Source: Nitrospinaceae bacterium (GTDB taxonomy: Bacteria; Nitrospinota; Nitrospinia; Nitrospinales; Nitrospinaceae). Taken from it: a stretch of 64,000 nucleotides of DNA. This document shows, one piece after another, positions 11,172-19,509 of the stretch (position 1 is its first letter; each line of letters begins with the position of its first letter). The stretch spans positions 896,001 to 960,000 of the forward strand of contig OZ250172.1 in assembly GCA_965237905.1 (NCBI GenBank). Direction: 5' to 3'. A program made the translations under genes and the position numbers. The notes below the pieces were generated by a model. The model was not told where the DNA came from. It saw only the letters and a list, made by a program, of their open reading frames with translations, and did no database searches.

Positions 11172-11804
11172 TTATTTTTTCCTCAGACAGTACAACCCGT
11201 CGCGCACGGGTAGCATTAACGCCTCAACCCGTTCATCCCGGTACACGGTTTCATTGAACTGATGAATGGCGTGATCGGACTCCTCCTTGGGAGCCAACAC
11301 CCGTCCGCTCCACAACACGTTATCCGCCACGATCAATCCTCCGGAACGCAGAATCGGCAGAATCGCATTAAAGTAATTCAGGTAATTGGTCTTGTCGGCG
11401 TCGATGAACGCCATGTCAAACGTTTCGTTGAGATCGGCTATGGAATCGAGGGCATTGCCTTCGAGCAGGATAATTTTATTGCCATGCGGGCTCTCAGCGA
11501 AGTACCGTTTGGCAACGGCAATCGCCGCCGGGTCCTCGTCACAGGTATAAAGACGGCCGTCTTTCGGCAACGCTTCGGCCATGGACAAGGCGCTGTACCC
11601 ACTGAAGGTACCGACTTCCAGGATGCGCCGCGCTCCCAGCAATTGCGCCTGTAATTTGAGAAACCGCCCGACCGTCCGCCCCGAAACCATCTGCGGATAT
11701 TCCAGACTATCGTGCGTTTCTTTCTGCAAGCGCGCTAGCAGTTCTCCTTCGTCATTAGTATGATCGTAAACGTAATTTTCGATTTCTTCATCTATAAATT
11801 CCAT
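11172..11804 (-). CDS. O-methyltransferase (CCoAOMT/Methyltransf_3 family)
   Basis: ILEVGTFSGYS, FIDADK, ADNVLWSG, VRDG. Confidence 0.93.
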   Translation of the reverse strand: MEFIDEEIENYVYDHTNDEGELLARLQKETHDSLEYPQMVSGRTVGRFLKLQAQLLGARRILEVGTFSGYSALSMAEALPKDGRLYTCDEDPAAIAVAKRYFAESPHGNKIILLEGNALDSIADLNETFDMAFIDADKTNYLNYFNAILPILRSGGLIVADNVLWSGRVLAPKEESDHAIHQFNETVYRDERVEALMLPVRDGLYCLRKK

Positions 11805-11824
11805 AATTCCCTCGTGAGGTCATT

Positions 11825-12472
11825 TCAATAATTAACGATACCAGCATTCAAACTGCGCCAGGCATACCAGGTCGCCACGGTTTCCAAAGGATTCCACTTT
11901 TTCCCGATAGCGCGCAGACGTTTGGCATCGGGCCGGGCATTCATTCCATAAATATTCTGGACTGCTACACGCAATCCTAAATCGTCCACGGGCAGAACAT
12001 CAAGGCGATTGAGCGAAAAAATCATAAACATTTCCGCCGTCCATCGTCCGATGCCGTGCACCTGCGTTAACCGGCCGACGATCTCCTCGTTGTCCAGATA
12101 ATTCAGTTGGCGCGGCCGAATGGTGCCGTCGAGGAAGCGGTGACTCAAATCTTTCAGATAAGCGGCCTTTTGTCGGGACAATCCAGCGGCGCGCAGAGGG
12201 GCGTCTTTCAATCCGGCCACGCGCTCAGGCGTGGGTGCATAGCCAGCGAACAATTTTTCGAAGCGGATGTAGATAGTGTCTGCCGCCGCGACGGAAATCT
12301 GCTGGGAAACGATGGACCGGCACAGCACCACAAAATATTTTCGGTTCCGCTTCAGCCGAAACGGCCCCACCTTCTGAATCACGCGCGCCATCTGCGGGTC
12401 GCATTCCTTGAAATGGTTCAATATCCGGCGGCGAGTCGGCAGTTCCTGTGTAGGTGAGCGGCGATCAACCAT
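11825..12472 (-). CDS. DNA-3-methyladenine glycosylase II (AlkA-like HhH-GPD)
   Basis: SIVSQQISV, GLSRQK, GIGRWTAEMF, LPVDDLG. Confidence 0.92.
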   Translation of the reverse strand: MVDRRSPTQELPTRRRILNHFKECDPQMARVIQKVGPFRLKRNRKYFVVLCRSIVSQQISVAAADTIYIRFEKLFAGYAPTPERVAGLKDAPLRAAGLSRQKAAYLKDLSHRFLDGTIRPRQLNYLDNEEIVGRLTQVHGIGRWTAEMFMIFSLNRLDVLPVDDLGLRVAVQNIYGMNARPDAKRLRAIGKKWNPLETVATWYAWRSLNAGIVNY

Positions 12473-12479
12473 AAGCGCG

Positions 12480-13280
12480 TCAATCCATCTGGAGGAATTT
12501 GAACCGTTTCAGTTTGGGTGACTCCTTCAACCGCTGTGCAGTACTTTGGGAGATGTGGTTCCGATATAAATCGATGGTCACTAGATTGGGCAGGCAATCG
12601 CTTTCCACCAATAGGTCGATGGCGGCATTATCCAATCCGCAATGCGGGAGGGTCAGTTTCTCAACCGTCAGCATGATTTCGGATTCGCATAAAGCTTTTA
12701 ATCCTTCGTTACCGATCTTTGCCCGGTCCAGATACAATTCAGTCAAATGACGCAGGTGCGGTGACCGCGCCAGTTCGACGGCTCCCTCCGGTCCCAAGGG
12801 ATTGGCTTTGAGGTACAGGAATTGAAGGTTCGCCAGGGTTTCCGACTCCGCCAGGGCTTTCATAGCTTCGGACCCAAGTTGATTGTGCTGAAGAAAAAGC
12901 GTGCGTAAATTTTTCAAGTGAGGTGAGGCCGCCAGTGCCCGCATTCCCTTACCGGTCATTTCGTTTCCGGCGAGTGACAGCGTATGGAGCTTGTGAAGCG
13001 CCTCGGTATCCGCCAGCCGCTCCACTCCTTCGTCCTTAAAACTGTTCTCATCCAAGTAAAGCATTTTAACCATGTGCAGGCGGGGGAAGCGCATCAGCTC
13101 TTCCAACTCTTCCAGGATGATGTCCTTGTCGTTCAACTCGAGTTTGAACTTGGGATCCTCGCTGGCCTCGGCGCGGGCAAACATATCCCCTTCATGCACC
13201 ACCATCGATTCACTTTCGTCGATATCCGTAATCAACGTCATGCTGTTCCGCACCAGGCTTTCAAACAGGGACCCGCTCAT
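12480..13280 (-). CDS. Leucine-rich repeat protein (27-aa repeats)
   Basis: Repeats such as LAASPHLKNLRTLFLQHNQLGSEAMKA. Start overlaps the aroK stop (ATGA). Confidence 0.85.
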   Translation of the reverse strand: MSGSLFESLVRNSMTLITDIDESESMVVHEGDMFARAEASEDPKFKLELNDKDIILEELEELMRFPRLHMVKMLYLDENSFKDEGVERLADTEALHKLHTLSLAGNEMTGKGMRALAASPHLKNLRTLFLQHNQLGSEAMKALAESETLANLQFLYLKANPLGPEGAVELARSPHLRHLTELYLDRAKIGNEGLKALCESEIMLTVEKLTLPHCGLDNAAIDLLVESDCLPNLVTIDLYRNHISQSTAQRLKESPKLKRFKFLQMD

Positions 13281-13807
13281 GCTTCCACCCAGGAGTGTTT
13301 TTTAAAACTTTCGATGATTTCGTACACCGTTTCGTCAGGTCTTTTGTCAGTGGTGTCGCACACCAGGTCGGCGGCGGCGTTGTATTTGGCCTCCCGTTCG
13401 GCGAGGATCTTGCGGTGTTCGTCCTCCCAGGACAGGCCTTCCTTGAGCCGAGGCCGGTTATTTCTATCCCGGCTTAAACGGCTGAGCAGGGTTTCAAATG
13501 TAGCGGTCAATAAAACGGCTTTCCCATTTTCCTTAAGTTTTTTGATATTTCGGTCATTCAAGACCACCCCGCCGCCGCAATCGATGACCGCCTCCTTAGC
13601 CTCGCCCACCGCCTGCTCCACGATTTTGGATTCGATCTCCCGGAACCGGGCCCATCCCCACAGGCTGACAATTTCCGGAATGGGGATGCCTACCGCCTCT
13701 TCGATCATCGAGTCAAGACTGAACAAGCGGCGCTTCAATTGTTTGGACAAAAGCCGGGAGATCACCGACTTGCCGGTCCCGCGATAACCTAACACTATGA
13801 TATTCAT
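13277..13807 (-). CDS. aroK: Shikimate kinase
   Basis: GYRGTGKS P-loop, FREIES, GGGVV, RP lid motif. Confidence 0.93.
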   Translation of the reverse strand: MNIIVLGYRGTGKSVISRLLSKQLKRRLFSLDSMIEEAVGIPIPEIVSLWGWARFREIESKIVEQAVGEAKEAVIDCGGGVVLNDRNIKKLKENGKAVLLTATFETLLSRLSRDRNNRPRLKEGLSWEDEHRKILAEREAKYNAAADLVCDTTDKRPDETVYEIIESFKKHSWVEA

Positions 13808-14009
13808 AAAGATATTTCCGTACCGTTCCGTCACAAGTGTTTGGGTGGCAGATTATAATGTTTCCATCTGGGATGCAAACGAATCTCCCCTACCCCATGC
13901 AAACCCCATTATTTAAGCCCGTTCCCAGGCAATTATGATACAATTTTTTAAATGTCACTCGCTACGGTGTTTAGGTGTTTATGCGGCTTTCCTTGAAAGG
14001 GCCCTTATC

Positions 14010-14471
14010 GTGAAAACAAAATCTATTACCTGCATCATTGCACTGATATTGGGATGTTTCCTGATTAACGGCAATAAAGTTCAGGCTGAAGAAGATAAGA
14101 TGCTGGATTTATGCAATAAGGGCAATTCTGTCGCCTGTTTTGAACGAGGCAAAAAATATTTGACTCTGGATAGGGACGCTAAGAAAGCCATTCCCCTGTT
14201 CCGGAAGAGTTGCGCGGCGGACCATATGGACGCCTGTATTTGGGGAGGTAATTTGATTCAAAATACGGGGAAGCAATACAGCCCCCAATGGAAAGAAGCA
14301 TCTCAAATGTTCAAAAAGGCCTGTGAAGCGGATGTGAATAGGGGTTGTTTCAATCTCGGATCCCTGTATTACAAGGAAGGCCGGGCCAGCAAAGCCAAAA
14401 AGCTGTACCAGAAGGCCTGCGACATGGGAAACCAACCCGGCTGTGATAACGTCGTGTGGCTTTCGAAATAA
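14010..14471 (+). CDS. Secreted Sel1/Hcp-like cysteine-rich repeat protein
   Basis: GTG start after GAAAGG; signal peptide; repeated KAC.....GC.NLG.LY units. Confidence 0.85.
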   Translation: MKTKSITCIIALILGCFLINGNKVQAEEDKMLDLCNKGNSVACFERGKKYLTLDRDAKKAIPLFRKSCAADHMDACIWGGNLIQNTGKQYSPQWKEASQMFKKACEADVNRGCFNLGSLYYKEGRASKAKKLYQKACDMGNQPGCDNVVWLSK

Positions 14472-14495
14472 CGATCGGATATTAAGAAACTGACC

Positions 14496-15170
14496 ATGGC
14501 AAGTCCTCCCAAAAAGCTCAAAAACTGGGAAGAGCTGATCAATGACGGCCAAAATTACGGGGACGAGGGCAAGGATTTCTCCCCATTTGAAAAAGCCGTT
14601 TTTGAGAGCATCAAAGACAAGAAAGTTCTGAAAATTCAGGACAGCTTCGTCTTCGTGAAAACCGGACACAATGCAGAAGACCCGGATCACCCGGTTCAAC
14701 TGGCCACAATGCTGGCCGCCTTCGAACCGCTGAAAGTCATCACCAGCCTGATCATCACCCATAATCGGTTCAACGCCGAAGCGCTAAAAATCCTGGTCGA
14801 CTCCCCGATGTTGAGCGACATCGATTACCTGCATCTGGGCTCCAACGCGTTGGGGGATGAAGGAGCGAAAATCGTGGCATCAGCGCCCCTGTTCGCCAAA
14901 GTCCACACCCTGAACCTGGAGTGCAACGGCATCGGCCCGGAAGGGGCGAAAGCGCTGGCAACCTCCAAAACTTTGACTCAGGTAACTTCACTCAGCATGG
15001 TCGACAACCGGGTTGGGGACGAAGGAGCGCTGGCGATTGCGCAATCGGACAACCTCAAGAACCTCACCTACCTGCATCTCGGCGGCAACCGCGTCAAATC
15101 CGAAGAAGCCAAACAGGCCCTGCGCGAATCGCCCAAACTCACTCAGATCAAAACACTGAAAGTTTTTTAA
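14496..15170 (+). CDS. Leucine-rich repeat protein
   Basis: LHLGSNALGDEGAK, LNLECNGIGPEGAKALA, VDNRVGDEGALAIA. Confidence 0.85.
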   Translation: MASPPKKLKNWEELINDGQNYGDEGKDFSPFEKAVFESIKDKKVLKIQDSFVFVKTGHNAEDPDHPVQLATMLAAFEPLKVITSLIITHNRFNAEALKILVDSPMLSDIDYLHLGSNALGDEGAKIVASAPLFAKVHTLNLECNGIGPEGAKALATSKTLTQVTSLSMVDNRVGDEGALAIAQSDNLKNLTYLHLGGNRVKSEEAKQALRESPKLTQIKTLKVF

Positions 15171-15259
15171 CCGGGCAAGGCCCGGAGCAAATTTCGCCGA
15201 AGCGTTGTTGCGCGATCTAAAAGTTATTCTCGCCACTGGACTAAAAACTGAATTCGGAA

Positions 15260-16198
15260 TTACTCTTCGTAACCGGGGCGGAGCAGTTCGGGGCGGGAGT
15301 AGTTGACGAAGGCCGGATTGGTTTCCACGCCTTCTTTCAACACGAGGGTTTTCAGGTTTGTCAGGGTTTTGGTGTTGTATAACGCATCACCGCCGACTTC
15401 TCCAAAATAATTTCTACCCATATACAGCTTTTCCAGTTGGGTCAATTGCGTCGACTCGCCGATCGCTTTCGCCCCTTCGTCGCCGATGGTGTTGTTGGTC
15501 AGCGACAGCACTTTTAACGGCGGTAGAGATTCGCTCTGCGCCAAAGCCACGGTCCCGGCATCGCCCAATTTGTTGGAGGACAGATTCAATTCTTCGAGTT
15601 GGGACAACTCCCCGCCGCTGAACAGGTCTACCACTCCCTGCTCGTTGATGTAATTGCGCTCCAGGTCGAGCACTCTCAAATTTTTCATCGTGGCGCTCTG
15701 GCCCAAAGCTTTGGCGGCTTCGTTGCCGATTTCGTTCCAGCCCAGGCTGAGCGATTCGAGACGGCTGAGGTTGGCTGAATGGACCAACGCCACCGCGGCG
15801 GCATCTTCCAGGCCGTTGTCTTCCACGGACAGTTTTTTTAAATTTTTGACTTTAACGGAATCGGATTGCGCTACTTCCTGAATCCCGGCGGTGGTGATGA
15901 AGTTGATAGACAGGCTGAGTTCTTCCAATTGCTCCAAGGTAGGGGCTTCGAACAACGCCTTCAGGCCGGTGTCGTCAATCTGATTGTCGGACAAATCCAG
16001 TGTGCGAACGGAACGCATCTGTTCGCACTGGGCGAGGATGGTCATCTCGTCGGCCGCATAATAACGGCCCTTCAATTCCAACTGTGCAGGGGTCTGCTCC
16101 AACTGCTTTTTGATTTCCTCTTCCAGCCGGGCCGCCTTCTCCTCGAAGGTGGGCTCGTTGGAAACATATTCGCTGTTGCCGTCCCGGGAGATGGCCAT
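15260..16198 (-). CDS. Leucine-rich repeat protein
   Basis: About 9 repeats, e.g. LESLSLGWNEIGNEAAKAL and LNLSSNKLGDAGTVAL. AAGGAG RBS. Confidence 0.88.
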   Translation of the reverse strand: MAISRDGNSEYVSNEPTFEEKAARLEEEIKKQLEQTPAQLELKGRYYAADEMTILAQCEQMRSVRTLDLSDNQIDDTGLKALFEAPTLEQLEELSLSINFITTAGIQEVAQSDSVKVKNLKKLSVEDNGLEDAAAVALVHSANLSRLESLSLGWNEIGNEAAKALGQSATMKNLRVLDLERNYINEQGVVDLFSGGELSQLEELNLSSNKLGDAGTVALAQSESLPPLKVLSLTNNTIGDEGAKAIGESTQLTQLEKLYMGRNYFGEVGGDALYNTKTLTNLKTLVLKEGVETNPAFVNYSRPELLRPGYEE

Positions 16199-16551
16199 CG
16201 GGTACTCCTTTTCAAAACACAGGGATTTCTAAAGTTGGGAGACCATTGTATCAACGAAGGTTTCCGTTTCTCAAATGATTTCCTTTTTTCTTGCCGGAGG
16301 GGGCCTGACGGGAACTCGGGAGCCCCGGTCCGCCCTCTCCCCCGATCCTACAAAAACCCAGTAACCTACTAATTTAAAAGGGCCATCGGGCTCCTATGGA
16401 TACGATAGAGCCTCTGGAAACGACCCAACATTAAAAAAAATTAATATGGGATTAACGAGGTTTTAATTTTGATTTCCTATATTCATAAGCAGACATCAGG
16501 AAAACCAGGCGGATGCCCCAAGGCATCGGTCCATTTCACGGGGGAAAAATC

Positions 16552-16788
16552 ATGCACGTATTCAAAACATTGGATATTCGGGGGCTTTCCTTCTTCAGCG
16601 CGTCGAGCAAAACGTCGAAAGCGTTCAAGGGAGTCACCCCTAACGGTATTCTGGAAATCATTCTGGACAAAAAGAAAAATTTTACCGAAGCGTTTCAGCA
16701 ATGGGCCGAGACACGGGGATATTCTATTTTCAACCGGGATGAAGATCCCCGGATGGTCCGCCTATTTATCAAGAAGGACAGCAAATAA
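16552..16788 (+). CDS. TusA/SirA-fold small protein lacking the catalytic Cys
   Basis: KTLDIRGL-SFFS (in place of CPxP)...GILEIILD...WAETRGY...LFIKK follows the TusA pattern; no Cys in 78 aa. Confidence 0.7.
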   Translation: MHVFKTLDIRGLSFFSASSKTSKAFKGVTPNGILEIILDKKKNFTEAFQQWAETRGYSIFNRDEDPRMVRLFIKKDSK

Positions 16789-16820
16789 TCCTTCGGACTT
16801 GTTTTCAGTGAAAAGAATTC

Positions 16821-16907
16821 AGGCCGGCTTTCCCGACAATGGAACCTGGGTGCCCTCCTCTACCTGGGTTTGATGCCCCTCCTCAAGTCGGGAGAGCCGG
16901 TTTTTTT
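16821..16907 (+). ncRNA. Candidate structured RNA or terminator with anti-SD CCUCCUC motifs
   Basis: 14-bp outer stem 16824-16837/16887-16900 followed by T7. Inner hairpin 16843-16870 has loop CCCTCCTC; a second CCCCTCCTC lies at 16876-16884. Confidence 0.5.
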
Positions 16908-16928
16908 CGAAAGCCCTCCCATTCAAAC

Positions 16929-17702
16929 TCATCCTGTCGAACGGTTTCTCTGATATAGAATTCGTAGCCCCTCCAAAGTGAGAAATGGGTCCACCGTTTG
17001 GATGCTTTGAACCTGCTTATGAATCACCGGCAGAACGCCTCCGGTGCCGATCACCTGGGTGGGTTTGCCAATCTCGCTTTGCATTTTGGAAACGATGCTG
17101 TCGATCACCCCCACAAAACCGTACACGGTACCCGACTGAATACTTTCCTTGGTGGACTTCCCAATCACGTGCTCGGGAAGAACAATGTCGACCGGAGAAA
17201 GCTTGGCTGTGTTTTTGTAAAGCGCCTCCAGCGATATATTCAAACCGGGGAAAATCGCTCCGCCCAGATACTCACCTTTATCAGATACCGCATCGAAGGT
17301 GGTCGCCGTTCCAAAATCGACAATAATCAGAGGCCCGCCGTATTTTTCGAAACCGGCGATCGCGTTGACAATCCGATCGGCACCCACTTCAGCAGGGTTG
17401 TTGTACAAAATAGGAATCCCGGTTTTAATGCCGGGGCCGACGACCAAAGGATCATTCCCAAGGTATTTTCGGGACAATTCCTCAAATACAGGTATCAACG
17501 GAGGCACGACGCAGGAGATCACAATGTTATGGATGCTTGCGGGACCGATTTCGTTGAGCCTTAAAAATTCATTGACCAGCACCCAGTATTCATCCGTCGT
17601 GCGGTTCCGCTCGGTACGGATGCGCCAATGAGTTTTTAATTCATCCCCATCAAACAGCCCAAAAACAATATTGGTGTTTCCTATATCAACGGCAAGCAGC
17701 AC
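16929..17702 (-). CDS. coaX: Type III pantothenate kinase
   Basis: AVDIGNTN, VGADR, VDFGTATTFD, GGAIFPG. Confidence 0.96.
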   Translation of the reverse strand: MLLAVDIGNTNIVFGLFDGDELKTHWRIRTERNRTTDEYWVLVNEFLRLNEIGPASIHNIVISCVVPPLIPVFEELSRKYLGNDPLVVGPGIKTGIPILYNNPAEVGADRIVNAIAGFEKYGGPLIIVDFGTATTFDAVSDKGEYLGGAIFPGLNISLEALYKNTAKLSPVDIVLPEHVIGKSTKESIQSGTVYGFVGVIDSIVSKMQSEIGKPTQVIGTGGVLPVIHKQVQSIQTVDPFLTLEGLRILYQRNRSTG

Positions 17703-18293
17703 ACTGTTTCCTTTGGTTAAAAATCGATGGAGGCATTATACATGAGGCCCGCGGAAAGACCCGATGTTCAATACAAGAATGTCCCAAGCAATGATTTATT
17801 CATGGAGCAAGTATAACAGCTGAATTCAACGCAAAATCATTCCTATTGTTCTTTGGCTCTTTAAGGGAAAACATATCCATCTTTCTAAGATATGGACCAT
17901 TTCTACCGAAAAACCTTATAGGTATGTGAAAGTAAAAAACGGGCTTCGATCGGATCAACCACCGACCGATAAACTTCAATTTAATTGTTTTTTTGAGAGT
18001 TAGCGGCATTCTCAATACCGGCTTCCAAATATCTAAAGTCCTTTAAATATAGGGTTTTCAAAGATTTCACTCGATAAAACTCAAGGGATTTTTTGATGCA
18101 CCCTTTTTATAGTATTGATTTAAAAGGGATTTGGTCTGATAATATTTTTACACTCTATTTAACAAATAATTACAGGTATTTGGCGCCGCAACGAGGGAAA
18201 CCCCCGGTTTTCCTCTCCGGATTTTTCCGGATAGTTGCTCCCTTTGAAGGAACCCGGCCCGATACCATCAGCACTCGCTCTGTTGGAGGAGCC

Positions 18294-18650
18294 ATGCGTA
18301 AAATAAGATTGGAGCAATTGACACCGGGAATGCGATTGGGTCAAGACGTGATCAATTTCTCCGGGCAAGTTCTACTTTATAAAGGTAATCCGCTTCAACC
18401 CAAGGACATTAAAAACTTCAAAGCTTGGGGCATTCTGGAGGTTGTAATAGAAAGCGCCTCGTTGAACTCTTCCAACTCATTGGACAAAAACCAAATCGAT
18501 GCCAAGCTTTTGATGGAATCACAAAACGAAATTTCCAATCTATTCCGGCACTCCAACCTTTCCCATCCTGTGATATCAGAATTGATGCGGTTGAGTACCT
18601 TGAACAAGTTGAGGCAAAAACCCGGCATGGAGAATGTGAATGTCTACTAG
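18294..18650 (+). CDS. Hypothetical protein resembling the N-terminal region of HD-GYP proteins
   Basis: MRKIRLEQLTPGMRLGQDV...GQVLLYKG..L..KDI; GGAGGA RBS; overlaps the next gene. Confidence 0.7.
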   Translation: MRKIRLEQLTPGMRLGQDVINFSGQVLLYKGNPLQPKDIKNFKAWGILEVVIESASLNSSNSLDKNQIDAKLLMESQNEISNLFRHSNLSHPVISELMRLSTLNKLRQKPGMENVNVY

Positions 18651-19503
18651 TCCCAAAGCTTTACGGCCCAAAGATTTGATCACCGGGTCGACCCGAACCT
18701 CTTCTCTCCCGGAAATATTTATCATGATCAATGAAGTGGTGAACGATCCGACCAGTTCATTTTCGGACATCGCCCAGGTGGTCAATCTGGACACAGCTCT
18801 AAGCGCGCGATTGCTTAAAATCGTTAATAGTTCATTTTATAGTTTTCCATCCAATATTGAGACGGTCACACACGCCATCACCGTTATCGGAACGGAACAA
18901 CTGCACAACCTGGCTCTGGCGACAACCATTATTGCCAACTTCAAGGGCATTCCCGAAAAAATGCTCAACATGAATTTATTCTGGCGGCATAGTATGGGTG
19001 TGGCCATCATTGCGCGAAATCTGGCGATTCATTGCCGGGAAAGCAACCCGGAACGGTTTTACCTCGCCGGCATCGTCCACGATATCGGACGGTTGATCAT
19101 CCTGGAAAACCTACCGGAAGAGGCGAAGGAAATCATCGCGCGCCAAAATGAAGTTGGCGGAATCATGTGGCAAATCGAACGCGAAGTTTTGGGATTTGAC
19201 CATGGCGAGGTGGGAGCGGCTTTGTCGCGTAGTTGGAACCTCCCTCTCAGTCTTGAGGAAATTATCGGAAACCACCACAACCCAGGCCGCTCCAAGCGGT
19301 ATCCTCTGGAAACCACCATCATTCATCTGGCCGACATCATTGCCAAAGCCATGGAATTGGGTTCCAGCGGGGACATCCATGTCCCTCCTCTGGATGAAAA
19401 GTCCTGGGAGCAATTAAAATTGCCCACTGGAGTTTTTTCGGCTATCTGGAATCAGACCGAGACTCAATTTAACGAAACTGTCGATATTATCTTATCAGGT
19501 TGA
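18640..19503 (+). CDS. HDOD domain protein
   Basis: SLPEI, DTALSARLLKIVNSSFY, FWRHS, AGIVHDIGR, GFDHGEVG..L...WNLP. Confidence 0.93.
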   Translation: MSTSPKALRPKDLITGSTRTSSLPEIFIMINEVVNDPTSSFSDIAQVVNLDTALSARLLKIVNSSFYSFPSNIETVTHAITVIGTEQLHNLALATTIIANFKGIPEKMLNMNLFWRHSMGVAIIARNLAIHCRESNPERFYLAGIVHDIGRLIILENLPEEAKEIIARQNEVGGIMWQIEREVLGFDHGEVGAALSRSWNLPLSLEEIIGNHHNPGRSKRYPLETTIIHLADIIAKAMELGSSGDIHVPPLDEKSWEQLKLPTGVFSAIWNQTETQFNETVDIILSG

Positions 19504-19509
19504 TACGTC

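Noticed and set aside
17703..18180. AT-rich intergenic region with short ORFs and an imperfect inverted repeat
   Set aside because: Consistent with ordinary divergent promoter DNA; no array or RNA gene evident.
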